Part shown: positions 21,197 to 35,219 of the stretch, one piece after another | Numbering within the stretch: the stretch's first letter is position 1 | Layout: the number at the start of each line of letters is the position of its first letter | Assembly: GCA_002269645.1 (NCBI GenBank) | Contig: NIVC01000576.1 | Location: 1 to 64,000, forward strand | DNA length: 64,000 bases | From: Macrostomum lignano | Lineage: Eukaryota | Reading direction: 5' to 3' | Made by a program: the position numbers and the translations under genes | Notes under the pieces: generated by a model | Seen by the model: only the letters and a program-made list of their open reading frames with translations | The model's database searches: none | Told to the model about the DNA's origin: nothing

Positions 21197-23032
21197 ATGA
21201 CAACGGCAACTGAATCAGAGGCTGACCTGTTGGAGAGCACTCGATCGGAAACAGTTCCGTTGTTGTCGGACGATTTGCACCATCTGTACGGATCTTCAAC
21301 AACGAGACGACGAGGCCTGCTCGGTAAGAAGCTGTTTCGCGGCGGCTGCAGTAATTGCTGCAACTCATGCTGCAGCGAGCCAACGATGGTAGCGCTGAAG
21401 CACCGAGCCGGGAGTTTGTTCCAGCTGTTGTTCCCGTTCTATTCCCTGATCTCTGGCGGAAGCTACTCAAGCAAAGCTCTGGTGTCGGACCTGCTCGCCG
21501 GGTTAACAATGAGCGTCTTTCACATACCACAAGGCCTGGCCAATAGCTTGCTGGCTGGTTTAAAACCCATCAACGGCCTGTACACTTCGCTGATACCCGT
21601 GGCTCTCTACTCTCTGATAGGCAGGTCGCTTCACCAATCAATAGGCACTTTCTCGCTGACCTCGCTGCTGCTAGCGGACATGATCGGGACGACCTATCGT
21701 CAGTACATGGACCAGCTTCCGGGCTCTAACAGCACCATAAGTAATTGCTCTTTATACTCAGAAGTTGATGAGATCAATCTAAATGCCGACTGTTCCAGCG
21801 ACTCCGATGAGTACTACGGAGGACTCACCGTGGAAGAATACGCTAGACTTCAAGTCGCCGTTTTAGGCAGTTTTGCGGCATCAGTAATCAACATGGCACT
21901 CGGCACCTTGCAGCTCGGCTTTGTGATGAAGTATGTCTCCAACCCGATGCTTCGCGGCTTTACAACAGCCGCAGCTGTTCACATTTTCACCAGCCAGGTG
22001 CCGATGCTGCTGGGCGTTCAGCCAACTAGCGGCGACAACTTTGTTAAACTGATTGCCAGCTACACCGGAATATTTAACGACATCGCGTCGACTAACTGGA
22101 CCACCGTAATCACCTCCGTTGCGTGCATGGTGCCGCTCTACTTAATGAAAGAGTACCTGAATCCGCGCGTCAAAAAGTGCATCAAAGTTCCACTGCCAGT
22201 TGAACTGCTCATCATTTTATCGGCGCTGGTGGCGTCACACGCGTTGCAATTGCAGTCGCGCTTCAGCGTTGACGTAGTCGGAACCGTCCCGAGAGGCTTG
22301 CCGCTACCGCTAGTACCGGATTTCTCCTTCATGCCAAACGTCCTGCTCCCGTGCCTGCCTGTTAGTTTAGTCGGCGCGGCCATGTCCCTGTCTATCGGGA
22401 AAATGTACGCTTTGCAGTTTGACTATGAAGTTAATTACAATGGAGAACTTTTTGTACTGGGAACGTCCAGTCTGTTTGGCAGCTTCTTCCAGTGCTTCTA
22501 CGCTACTGGCGCGCTGGCTCGATGCACCGTGGTGGTCGGAGCGGGCATGAAGTCGCAGGTGGCATCAGCAGTGAGCTGCCTCGTCGTGCTACTGGTTGTG
22601 CTAGCAGTTGCTCCTCTATTCGAAGCCGTTCCCGAATGCGCTCTGGCCTCCGTCATCGTCGTGTCCTTAGTCGGGGTGTTCAAACAAGTGACCGATATTC
22701 CTAAACTGTGGCGTGAAGCCAAGTACCTGGACTTGAGCACTTGGCTTCTGACCGCTGTGTCTGTCCTCGTGCTGGACGTGTCTCTCGGCCTGGCTGTGGG
22801 ATTCTGCTATTCGCTGGCTTGCACTCTGGTCACGCGCTGTATGGCTACTCGGCGTGAAGGTCAGCCCGGAGACAGCGATGCTCGAGACGCTCGTCGTCGA
22901 GGGTCAAAGATCCGTGTCAGATACAGCAGCAACAAAAACGGCAGCAGCAGTGCCGCTGTTGACGTCAGCAGAGTCGATTCGGCGACAAAGTACCCGATGA
23001 TGATTGGTGCGGCGGGCAGGACAAGCAAATAA
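21197..23032 (+). CDS. SLC26/SulP-family anion transporter, single exon, 611 aa, no STAS domain
   Basis: DLLAGLTMSVFHIPQGLANSLLAGLKPINGLYTS (sulfate transporter signature), GFTTAAAVHIFTSQ and KSQVASAVS. The ORF ends shortly after the last TM segment. Possible splice acceptor TTTTTAG at ~21154-21160. Confidence 0.9.
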   Translation: MTTATESEADLLESTRSETVPLLSDDLHHLYGSSTTRRRGLLGKKLFRGGCSNCCNSCCSEPTMVALKHRAGSLFQLLFPFYSLISGGSYSSKALVSDLLAGLTMSVFHIPQGLANSLLAGLKPINGLYTSLIPVALYSLIGRSLHQSIGTFSLTSLLLADMIGTTYRQYMDQLPGSNSTISNCSLYSEVDEINLNADCSSDSDEYYGGLTVEEYARLQVAVLGSFAASVINMALGTLQLGFVMKYVSNPMLRGFTTAAAVHIFTSQVPMLLGVQPTSGDNFVKLIASYTGIFNDIASTNWTTVITSVACMVPLYLMKEYLNPRVKKCIKVPLPVELLIILSALVASHALQLQSRFSVDVVGTVPRGLPLPLVPDFSFMPNVLLPCLPVSLVGAAMSLSIGKMYALQFDYEVNYNGELFVLGTSSLFGSFFQCFYATGALARCTVVVGAGMKSQVASAVSCLVVLLVVLAVAPLFEAVPECALASVIVVSLVGVFKQVTDIPKLWREAKYLDLSTWLLTAVSVLVLDVSLGLAVGFCYSLACTLVTRCMATRREGQPGDSDARDARRRGSKIRVRYSSNKNGSSSAAVDVSRVDSATKYPMMIGAAGRTSK

Positions 23033-24775
23033 AAACTGCTGTGCAGATGGTGTGTCTCATGAGCACTACCAGAGTTCCACAACTCGGCAGACAGTGAGCA
23101 ACAGTTTTCAGTTCTGTGCATTTTTTAAATCTATCAACTTTGACAAGTGACTAGCACCATAACAATAGACCGTATGAATCAAGTGAAAATGTGCCCGGAC
23201 TTTATAGATTTACGGATTTATCTGAATCTGATAAAAATTAAAAGGCTAATTGATAAAACTCCAGTGCAGGAAGTATTGCAACTCTATATTGAAACTAAAC
23301 AGATAGTTTGATTGGATTTTTCCGTTTCTGTTTTAGTACAAGCGCCCCACTGTCAAAGCTTTTTTCATTCATGATGCATGGCATTGCTATCGGAATTAAG
23401 CAAGCAGCAGGTAAAAGTATTGTGTTGGAAGATTTTTTATTCAAGTTGACCTTCTATCTTATTGCCAATTGCTTTGCCAATATAGATAAAAATGGGATTA
23501 TAGAGGAAGTAAAAAATTTTTCCTAAAAGCCCCCTCATGCCTACTACTGACACAACAACAGATCTTAGCCATTTTGTATAAATGAATGGATGGATTGTCT
23601 ACTTTCAGTTCAAGTTCAAAAGATCATAAGCTATTTTATGAAAAGTTAAAAGTAAGGCAGTTAAAATGATTTAAGGATTAGAAGCCTAGCCTGCAGACGT
23701 AAACAAATTGCTGTTGGATAAGCGCTAATGTACATTATAGCCAGCGCTTCTGCAATGTACATACCAGCTTTAGGCTGGAACCCGGGGAGGGCAATAAAAA
23801 TTGGATGGGTAAGAGGTTTTGTGCGGAAAGACACGCTCGGCGGTTCATCTAAGGGGTTTTAAGACTCAGAGCTACGTCGTAATAAATGACTTTGGGCCCG
23901 TTCGACAAAGCAATCTTAAGATAAGATCGTTCTTATCTCCTATCTCCGCAGTGTAAAATTTTCGAAGTGCTATCGAACTTACGCTACGACAGCTTTATAG
24001 TACGACCCCTTTTGTCTTAATGACATTTAAATGCTTCTGCTTATATTCGCGAAGTTTCTACTGCATGTTTTAGTGCATTCTCATGATTTCCAAAAAATAC
24101 CTGTACCCAAGTTCAAGGTTACTTAATCGGTGTAGGTGCAATGACATTATACGCTCGTACAGGCGCCGTTTGAATTGCTATGTTGAACCATCATCCAAGA
24201 TCATGAACTCCATCATGCATCTCTCAGTTATGCATCCTTGATTTCTCGTAAATCTTGTAATATATCTCGCATCTCGTATAAGATATATTATTTAAAATAA
24301 AACAAGTCGTAATAAATTTAATTGAAAAAATATTACCAGTTGCGTTGCAGCTACTTACCAATTCCGAATCAGTAGTTGTCACTCATGGATAGTCTGTATG
24401 CTCTGTAAAATATCTTTAAGTTGCTTTGATTATTCGGCAATGATAACAAACAGAAATGTTTCTAAATCGTGGCTGTTGCCATGCAAAGTTAAAAACTGAC
24501 ATCCAAAGCCTAGAGAAGAGACAGCAGGTTGGGCCAGAGACAAACACGCAGATTTCTGACTGAGAGACAAGCGAGAGCCGTTTTGATCTAACAATTTTTT
24601 CACAGACATAACTGCTGTGTTACAAACGCTCCAAAAAAAATAGAAAAAAGGTCACATAATAACGTCATATTTCTAGCGCGGATTTGGTAATAAAGTAAAA
24701 TTATCAATAGTACTAAAGATTAAAAAACCGCACTATTTCGTTCGAGTTATACAACTACTAAAACAAAAACGAAGT

Positions 24776-27700
24776 TCAAATCAGCGCCACTCCAGCGTCG
24801 TTGTTAGCAGAATCGGGACGGTTCGTCATTTCAATTGCCATGGTGTCTTTGACTTCTTGAACTTCACTGACCGTCTCTGCCTGGTTATTCGGTGCCACGC
24901 GACTGGCAAACAGCACGGCGTCGTGTACAGTGAGATAAAAAAGAGATACGTCAGCGTCTTTCAGGAAATCCTCCTGGAAGAAGAGCAGTCGAACCGAATC
25001 TTTGCAAGCGGCAAACAGTACGCGATAGTTTCGGCTGAGTAGAAGTGCGTAAGCCTGGAGGGATCAGGTTGATTGATTGACTGACGATTGCATGTGTTGT
25101 ACAGTTAAAAGTGTTTTTTATAGGGTAGGATGAGCACCTAAGGATCTGGGATAGTAAAAATAATAACTGAAGGCGGAGCACTTTGACGCAATGCATTCAG
25201 CGACATCGAGGCAATTCTGCCCATTCCGCTGACTCAGGGTCAACACCTGAGGATCTGATCGCGGGGTCAACACCTGAGGATCTGATCGAGGGGTCAACAC
25301 CTGAGGATCTGATCGCGGGGTCAACACCTGAGGATCTGATCGAGGGGTCAACACCTGAGGACCTGATCGAGGGGTCAACACACTTGAGGACCTGATCGCG
25401 GGGTCAACACCTGAGGATCTGATTGCATGATCAACACACCTGAGGATCTGGAAGTGCTGAACCCATATCTGAGGATCAGAGAATTTGAGGCCAGCATCTG
25501 AGGAGCTGAGGAGTTGGAACCATTACCTGAGGATTATTGGGGGAGGCGGCCCATCCAAATAGAGACTCAGGGTACTGAGGCAGCACGCTCACCTCCTTCA
25601 CAGTCCTGATGCCAACCATATCGGCGTACACCCAGGATGAGCAGTCTAGTAAGATGGTGTGCACTCGCGAACTCTTCCCAGCCTGATCATCAGAGTCTGC
25701 AGGCCTGGCGCAGTCATCGACCAGCTGCATCACAAAATCCCGCAATCGTTCCGCGTTGGCAAAGTTCAACGGAGCGTCGAAACGGACAATTTTCAGCCCC
25801 GGCAGCTCCTCGGCAGCTGGGTACTCGCGGACATCTCTGTAGATGTCCGTGTCGCCAATGCGACCAAGGACCGCTATTCTGGCCGACTGGGTGCGCAGGA
25901 TCACGGAGAACAGGGTGAAGCCCAGACCGATAGCCAAGCCGAGAGTCACATCCAGGATGAGCACGGAGAGCGCTGCCACCAGCCAGACGCTGAAGTCGAT
26001 ACGAGAGATGCGCCAGATCTGCGGCAGTTCCGTCACCTGCTTGATCACGCCAATCAAGGATACAATAATGATGGAGCCCAGAGCGCAGGTTGGCACCGAG
26101 TGGAATAGGGGGCCAACTAGCAGCAGTACGAGCAGCATCAGACCGCAGCTGACAATGCTGGCCATCTGGCTCTTCATGCCAACCTGTTGGAGTTTACAGA
26201 ATGTTCGCTGTTTTTGCAATAGTTGCTTTAGTACTGAAACGCTATTTAACATGTAAGTAGTCTCTAGGGCGTAGACAGTGTTTTTTGTTGAGGGTGCGCC
26301 AGCGCGAGGCGACATCGAGGGATGCCAGTGTCAGATGCCCCACGAAAGGGGGCGCCATCATGGGATACCATCGGGTGGTGCTATATTGGTAACATCAAGG
26401 GGCTTTAGCACCAAGGGGCTTTTGTACCAAGGGGCTTTAGCAACAGGAGCGCCAGCACCAAGGGGCTTTAGCACCAAGGGGCTTTAGCACCAAGGGGCTT
26501 TAGCACCAAGGGGCTTTAGCACCAAGGGGCTTTAGTACCAAGGGGCTTTAGTACCAAGGGGCTTTAGCATCAAGGGGCTTTAGCACCAAGGGGCTTTAGC
26601 ACCAAGGGGCTATAGCACCAAGGGGCTTTAGCACCAAGGGGCTTTAGCACCAAGGGGCTTTAGCACCAAGGGGCTTTAGCACCAAGGGGCTTTAGCACCA
26701 AGGGGCTTTAGCACCAGGGGCGCCAGCACCAAGGGGGTGCCAGAACCAAGAGGTGCAAGCATTGGGAACAGGCAATCGGGACAGGTTCGCCAATTCATCT
26801 GGGCAAGGGGCTCTTTTACCTGTACACATGGTGATCACAATATACTCTGCTTTTGACTGTTAATCTACTCACGGACACGACCACAGCGTTTCTCGCCAGA
26901 GCTGTACACGGGAAGAAGCACTGGAAGAAGCTGGACACCAGACTGCTGGCTCCCAGGATGGCAAAGTCTTCATTGTAGTCGTAGCTGTACTGAAACTGCA
27001 GGCAATAGAGCTTAGCCAATGACATCGACACTATTCCGCCAACAATTCCCACCGGAATGGAGGAGGCGAACACAGTGGGAAGAAATCCCATGTCGGGCAC
27101 CAAGAGAGCCGGTAAGCCGCGCGGCACTTCGCCAACGATGGACACATTGAAATCGCTATTCAACTTGGCGAAATATGAGACCAGCAAGGTGCCAATAATG
27201 ATTAACAGTTCGATTGGCAAAGGTACTCGAATCTTCTTTTTAACTCGAGGATTAACGAACTCGCGCACCAGGTAGAGTATGATGCAACTGGCCGCCGATA
27301 GGCCCAGAGTCACAAAGTTGGTCTTGTGAATCACTTTGAACAGGTTGATGAGCGTCTGCGAACATGGAATTTGTACTTTTACATAAGTCACATTGAGCAT
27401 GTGGTTAGCTTGTAAGTTACTGCATTTAACTTCACGGCAGTACATGTATGAACTTGTACAGAGCAATACAACAGCAGTACAGCATACAGGTAAAAAGGTT
27501 ATATTCTTATGTAGCCTACATACATGTAAACATGCACAGGATGTAGCTTACATGTACAAGTACATGATGTACAATAACTTACGTGAATAAGTGCATGATG
27601 TACAATAGCTTACGCGAACAAGTACATGATGTACAATAGCTTACGTGAACAAGTACATGATGTATATATCCTACATGTACAGATACATGATATAGCCTAC

Positions 27701-28706
27701 ATGTACAGGTACATGATGTAGCCTAAATTATGTAGATGTACAAGTACATGCTTTAGCCTATACATACAAGTACATGATTTAGCCTACACGTACAAGTACA
27801 TTACAGACTGTACATGTAAAACATGCATAGTCAGAAGTTACCATACATGTACATTACTGTCTAAAAGTACAGAAGGTAACTTGCTGGTGTGCCCAAAAAC
27901 ACCCAGTGTACATGCATGCAACTCACCCCGATAATCTTGAACCTGCTGGTCGTTCTGGGGACTTCAACGCCAAACACCAGCGGCACCTGACTCATCATCA
28001 CGTGAACTCCAGCAGCAGTGGTGAATCCTTTCAGCATAGAATCAGAAATGTAAGTCATGAAGAAACCCAATCGGAACAGGCCGATAAACATCATAATTAG
28101 CGAAGCAGAAAAACTGCCAACCATCGCTATTTGCAGTCTTGCATAGTCTGTATCGGTGTAGTTGAATCCAAACGACGCTCCGGTAATGTTGTTATCCTGC
28201 ATCCTCTGCAAATAGGCTCCGCGATGCTCTTCAATCATGTCCAACAGTATCAGTGACAGAACAGCAAATGTGCCAATAGACAGATGACGCGATCTGCCAA
28301 ACACGGCAAAGATCAGTACCGGGATTAGCGAGGTGTACAGTCCGGTGATGGGTTTCAGGCCGGCCAACAGGCTATAGGCTAGGCCCTGCGGAATGTGGAA
28401 GACGCACATGGTTGCACCGGCAATGAGGTCGGACACAAAATCGTCAGTCTTGTACTGGCCAGACTGTAGCAAACCAATGAACGGAATCAAGCGTTGAAGC
28501 GTTGGCTTTTCTGGCACACAGGTGTCTTTGAGTCCGCTGGTAATCTCTCGACGAAGCGATCGATTCTTTTTAATAGCTTCACCTTCGTCGGCGGTAAACT
28601 TGGCATAGTTGTACACCTTTCTGCGCACCAGATAGTCAATTGAAGAGTCATGGTCTTGTTGGCCTTCGGTTTCTGGAGAGTTGGACAACTCGACCGTGCT
28701 GGCCAT
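24776..28706 (-). CDS. SLC26 (prestin/pendrin-like) transporter with STAS, ~710 aa; join(27927..28706,26873..27355,25593..26183,24776..25054) on minus
   Basis: DLIAGATMCVFHIPQGLAYSLLAG; STAS motifs RFDAPLNFANAE, ILLDCS and FYLTVHDAV. Three phase-0 GT-AG introns join the frames. Confidence 0.9.
25236..25480. repeat. 27-bp minisatellite in SLC26 intron 3
   Basis: Unit ACACCTGAGGATCTGATCGCGGGGTCA. Confidence 0.9.
26395..26735. repeat. 16-bp minisatellite in SLC26 intron 2
   Basis: Unit AGCACCAAGGGGCTTT. Confidence 0.92.
27500..27830. repeat. Degenerate TACATG-rich repeat (~31 bp) in SLC26 intron 1
   Basis: Recurring TACATGATGTACAATAGCTTACGTGAACAAG variants. Confidence 0.75.
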
Positions 28707-29479
28707 AATGCTTCTTTTAAAAGTTTCAACAAGAACTCCTGCAGTAGTTTGCTTTCTTCAAGCGTCAGTGTTTGAACTGTAGTCCTTATTTATAACAGCT
28801 GATTTTTAGCGATAGGCCTTGGGCACACACCGTAAGATATGTTACAGAATGAATTTTTCGCAATCTATGCGCAAGTCACACCATATCTGCATGCCTTTTG
28901 AAGTGACCGCTTTGAACCAGATTCGGCCTATATAGAGTATAGTAGCATGGATTGCAGAGCGGTTGAGGTGACTGTGTGTACACCATTATACCAGATACGG
29001 AGAGTCCAGACAAGGACTTCTGTTAATATAGTAAGCACTTGGACTGGACTAGAAGTATAGAAGCATTGATTACTTTAGAATCAAAATCTCCGTTTTTAAA
29101 TAGCTTTCTATACCCAAAAGTCAGAGCACCGGTAGCTTAATATTTATAGAATTTGTTGCTAGTCCAGTCCAGTCTCAATAAGGGGTCCATGACTCCATGG
29201 CTATGTAGAATCGGTCAGGCTACAAGAAAAGTCGGTGACGGTTAACCAATAGTCAAATTTTAACTGAAGCTAAATCGAACAGAGAGAAGAGATAACATAA
29301 AACTACAAGCAGGATTTAATAGACTCAATTTTCAGTCTTAAGCTTGTAGCAATAAATTAATAAAAGCTTTCTTTTTGAAATGCGAACTTTAATTCTCGGT
29401 TTTGGCGAGATTATCTTGAGAATTCCAATGATAAAGCTAGGACAAAGTCTAGATTGTTTGAACTCGAAGCAGAGACATG

Positions 29480-30170
29480 GGTCTATAAATCAATTGATGT
29501 CCAAGTCTAGAGACAGACAGTCTACAGATCACTTTTTAATCTTCAAGTCTAGACATGGGTCTATAGATCACTTCTTGATCTTCAAGTCTACAGACAGGAG
29601 CCTGTAGATCACTTGATGTCCAATTCAACAGACAGGAGTCTATAGATCACTCGATTGATGTCCAATTCTACAGACAGGAGTCTATAGATCACTTGATTGA
29701 TGTCCAATTCTACAGACGGGAGTCTATAGATCACTCTATCGATGTCCAATTCTACAGACAGGTGTCTATAGATCATTTGATTGATGTCAAATTCTACAGA
29801 CGGGAGTCTATAGAACACTTGATTGATGTCCAATTCTACAGACAGGAGTCTATAGATCACTTGATTGATGTCCAATTCTACAGACGGGAGTCTTTAGATC
29901 ACTTGATTGATGTCCAATTCTACAGACAGGAGTCTATAGATCACTTGATGTCCAAGTCTACAGACAGGAGTCTATAGTAGTAGATTACTAAATGTCCAAG
30001 TCTAGAGACAAGAGCCTATAGATCACTTAATCTCCAGGTCTAGAGAGAGGAGTCTATAGATCACTTAATCTTCAAGTCTAGATACAGTAGTCCATACAAC
30101 ACGTAATCTTCATATCTAGAGACAGGAGCCTATAGATAACTTAATCTCTAGGACTAGAAATAAATGTCTA
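29480..30170. repeat. ~42-bp minisatellite between SLC26 and UBA52
   Basis: Unit TCTATAGATCACTTGATTGATGTCCAATTCTACAGACAGGAG, with degenerate edges. Confidence 0.9.
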
Positions 30171-30467
30171 TAGATTACTCAAACTTTAAGTCATCGAGTG
30201 TAGATACACGGAGTCTCAAGTCATCTCTATCTTAATACCAAGCATGATAAACACAGATATTTAAAGCATCGCTCACAAAAAAGAAACAAACAAGAAAGCA
30301 AACAAAAATTTGACTTCTTCTTTCAATGTTCCAGCAACTTATAACAAGTTTTCACTTTCGAACAATGTTTTATTGTTCAAAGATTCACAAAGCTTTCAAT
30401 CGCTAGTTAACTAAAAGCAAACATGCGAGCAGTCTTCTTCAGCAAACAATCCAAAGATAGTGCTTTT

Positions 30468-31019
<552 letters not shown>

Positions 31020-31849
31020 TTAACTATATCAATGTCTCTTTGATTGACTACTATTTAGACACTTAAAGAACTCTTTTGACATAAAACATCATTTATCAAC
31101 AAAGAAGGCATGGAAACTCATACTCTAATCATACTAAACCATGGCTAGGAAATTTAAATGAAAAAATATATGCTATGTTTAGGGCCTATAGGCATCTATT
31201 TTACCATATTTGCCTTAGGATCTCATAGCCATAGCCATAGCCATATGTAGAATAGAGAAAACTGCTAAAGATTCTATATTGGACATATGCCAAAAATTAT
31301 AATTATACCTTTAAAAGCTACTAGGCAAAATATATAATTTTTAAAGGGCCTATGACTATTGAAGATTCAAAATATAATCACTTTCTATAACTTTTCTATT
31401 CAGACAATTTTAAAAGTACATTGTTATTTGCTCAGGCATTTGAGATTTTATTTGAATATGCCAAAACATACAAACTTTAAAATCACATTTAAGAATGTTG
31501 GCCCTAAAATAAAATTTCTAATACATTCTTAAGAAACATATCAAATAGGTTGTTATTTATATATTTATACAAGCTGTTGAAACCTATTGATTTTAAAACT
31601 AGGGAATTCTAATACCTGGAACTAATTTTGTATGCATTCTGAAATCTGAGGCCATAAACAAAAACTTGTAAGAAGATAGAGGTAAATATAAAATAGAGTA
31701 CAATTGTGTAAAATAAGGATTTGAGGCAAACATTTGATAATGTTGGCTGGGGTGCTACGTAGAATGTCAAACAATATCTCTTTTACTCTAAAACATGTAT
31801 TGAAAAACTCTGCTGGCCTCTGCCTCTGACTCTCCATACATTTCTTGGA

Positions 31850-32645
31850 TCCTTTGAAACTTCTATCTTCTTTTTTGTTTCCTCTCTCCCCTCTTGTCTC
31901 TTGTCCCTTGTTTCTCTTCTCTTTTCTTTCTCTTCTCATCTCTTCCTTCTCCTCTCTATTCTTTTCTATGTCCTCTGTTCTCTCTTGTCTCTCTTTTCTC
32001 CTGTTTATCTTTTTTTATTCCTTTCTGTTCTCTACTCTCTTCTTTCTCCCCTCTTCTTATTTCTTACTCTCCTTTCTCTCAACACTTCCCTCCTCTCTTA
32101 ACTCTTATTTACTCTCTCCTCTTACTCTCTACTCTTTATTCTCTTTCTTCTTATCTCTTTTCTTCTCTTTCCCCTGTCTTGTATTTGCTTGCTTATCTCT
32201 CCTTTCTTTTCTGTTCTCTTTTATCTCTTCTCATTTCTCTCTGCTCTCTTTTTCTCTTTCTCCTCCCCAATCTTTCTTCTCTTTTCTATTCTCCTCTTTC
32301 CTTTCTTTTTTCACTTTTTTCTCCCTTTGTCTCTCTTTTCTACTTTTTTCCCTTCTTTTGATTCCTTATATTCCTTTCTCCTTTTTTTTCTTTTCCTTCT
32401 TCTATACTCTCTCTCTCTCTTGTCTCCTTTGTTCTTTTTCTACTCTTTTCTTCTCCTTTTTTATCTCATATCTTATCTCTCTTTATACCTCTCTTATCTC
32501 TACAACCTTATCTCTTCTCTCTTTTCTTTACTCTCTCATCTCGCTTCTCTTTTCTCTCCCCTCTTCTCCCCTTCTTTCTCATCATCTTCACCCTCTTTTA
32601 TCTTAGGCCTATCTTTTATCCTTTCTCTTGCCTTTCCTTTCTTCT
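31850..32645. repeat. Polypyrimidine low-complexity tract
   Basis: Almost pure C/T, TCT/TTC-rich. Confidence 0.9.
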
Positions 32646-34565
32646 GAAATTCTCATTTAAAATGAGCAATGAAAATGTGACTAGGCCTATAGAAATGCTA
32701 CTATATAAAAATGTGCAGATTACTTGCCTGACATTTCTTGACTACTTGACATAAGCACCAAGTCTTGGCTTGACTAAAAATCTGTGCTTGTTCAGCTTCC
32801 ACTGTCTAGGCAAATTTAAAGTCAGACATAGGCCTAGCATAGACTATATTAATGTCACATAGTCATAAGCCTAATAAACTATTTATCAATTGGCATGGTA
32901 ATTGATTCCAGTTAGGCCTAATCTGGTGTTAAGACGATCCAGTGACAAACAATTGAGTGACAATCCAAGCGGCAAAGTGACAAACAATTGGGGGATAGAA
33001 ATTTTTATAGATTTCATGGATTTTATACTTAGCAACATCGAAAAGTCGCTATCACAGAAAATTCCGTCTATTGTCTGTGGTCGCGATTTTTGAGTGCAGG
33101 CAAAGTCTCTCAATCTGCAAGTGACGCAACTCAGCTACGCTGTGGCAGACTTGAATTGAAGAATGAAGTGGGGAAATGGTGTATGAGGGTTGGACGGATC
33201 AAAGCCACCCCTATCAGTTTTCTCTCGTCAAAGGACTTCTATTCATTACAGTAGTCAATTTTGAACTAGAACATACTGTAAATCAGTTAAACCCGTTAAA
33301 GTGTAAAATAAAGTTTTATGTAACTTAAAACGGTACGTATTGCAAAAAGTTTAATTCAAACTCAAATGAGTAAGTTGCTTGCTAAGTTTTTGTTAAAATG
33401 GGTAACTCAAACAAATTTTTTGTTTGAAAAATTTATATAGTGCGCGCGTGACCGCGTGAAAAGTCTAGATCATGCATGATGCATTCATTGCGGCTGCGGG
33501 TGCGGGTAGCTTTTTGCTAGGCATTGACCCACTCTTCCACTCAGCCATTGACACATTGACACTATGACACTATGGTATGCTACACTACGCCTAGTTGTAT
33601 TGGAATTGGAACGTTGGGAGGAATAAGTACAAGATTAGACTGTCCAGTGAGATTACCGTAAGTTGAAAAAAACACGAATTTTAGCAAAAAATGATATTTT
33701 TTGTTGGCGTACCAGAAAAAAAGTATTGCACATAAAGAAAAACCAAAGTATACCCTAAAAAGTAAAGAACACTGTTGTTATTTAAAAAAAAAATGGAGAC
33801 AAAACAATGCACTACAATTAATGCGGTGACCAGTCAAAGTGGATACATTTTACGGTAACGAATCGCATTGGCTCCATTTTGAAATGAAAATCACATTTCA
33901 AAAAAAGTTTTTTTTTCCACAAAAGGGTACATTTTAACAAAGTTTCGCTACTAATATGCAATGTTCACATTTAAGACAAACCAGTAACTGTATTTTTGAA
34001 AGAAAAAAAGTTTTTTTATGGACTATATAAAGCGATAAAAAATTTTGTTGCCCAAAAAAAGTATTTAGTCGATCTCCGACGCACTAATTCAGTTTAATGT
34101 ATGAAAGTGGCACTTCATACCAGCCGTTCGCAAAGAACTGCTTGTGCATCGGTGTTGTCCGAAAAAAGTTATTGAACTTTATATTTTTTATACTTCTACA
34201 TGTATTTTGCCATTTAAAATAGAAAAAGGCTTGTCATTTTTTTTTAAACAGACCGACGCAGTTGTATTTGCACATTCTTCGCCCCTATTGAAATGTAAAA
34301 TAGATGAAACGTGTGCAGCCCACTCATTGTGTGTCCGTTTTGAGAAACTTTTCTTTTTGTTTTTCCTGCATTCATGTGCATGCAAACTACTTTGTACTAC
34401 TTACATAGAAAATATGAAAAAACGAATTTTTCATTACTTTTTAGTTCTTTATTGCAAAAAATAGAAAGGAGAAGTGAAACTTAATGCAGTCATGATTTAT
34501 TTCAGCCTTGGGGGTCACTGTGGAGGCTTCCATTGGAAAGCTGCTGAATTTCTGACCCCCAGTAA

Positions 34566-35219
34566 TCAGTATATAGCTATCCCAACAAGTGATCCCTGGC
34601 AGTCGCCTGGTAGCTGATGGGAAACCACCTTTCGAGGGAGTCGTCTGGCAAGACGGCGCTCCAGCCTCTGCTGCTCCTGCTGCTTTTCCAGCAGCTGGGC
34701 ACGAAGCTCATCGATGATTTCCTTCAGAGCTGCCTCCACGCCCAACTGTTCGTCTATGGACATGCCCGACACAGCAGACGTAGCACTAGCAGCAGCAGCA
34801 GCACCGCGTCCAGGTGTGGCAGCAGCCTGAGCATCGTCAGTATTGTTGGCATCGCTGTCATCACTCTGCTGCTGCTCACCACCAGTGATATCACGCTTAG
34901 GCGTCACGGACAGCTGCTGTAGCTCCTGCAGCAGAACGTTCGGTACATCCAGGTCACCCTTGACGTAATTTTCGTACGACGAGGGCTTCCCAGCAGCCAC
35001 CTCCTCATAGTGGCGCCGACGCAGGACCACAGCATTGCCCCTCTCACGTTCGACCTTGCGCAGAAGGGCCTCCTTCGAACGCAAGCTGACAGCTGTGGGG
35101 GGAAGGCCCATGGCACGCAGGAGGCGGGTCGCTCGACTGGCGCCATTCTCGCCCTTGGCCTTGGCTTTATCGACAAATTTGATGGCTCTCTCAATGGAGA
35201 TGGGGATCAGGCGATCCAT
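34566..35219 (-). CDS. Hypothetical 217-aa protein (basic N-terminus, low-complexity linker, predicted coiled coil); family unknown
   Basis: GC-rich, CpG-retaining ORF with an ATG inside AT-rich DNA. LKEIIDELRAQLLEKQQEQQRLERRL looks like a coiled coil. No family recognised; it may be a first exon or transposon-derived. Confidence 0.45.
   Translation of the reverse strand: MDRLIPISIERAIKFVDKAKAKGENGASRATRLLRAMGLPPTAVSLRSKEALLRKVERERGNAVVLRRRHYEEVAAGKPSSYENYVKGDLDVPNVLLQELQQLSVTPKRDITGGEQQQSDDSDANNTDDAQAAATPGRGAAAAASATSAVSGMSIDEQLGVEAALKEIIDELRAQLLEKQQEQQRLERRLARRLPRKVVSHQLPGDCQGSLVGIAIY

Noticed and set aside
31845-32647. Hydrophobic F/L/S-rich ORFs resembling membrane proteins
   Set aside because: Artefact of a polypyrimidine low-complexity tract.
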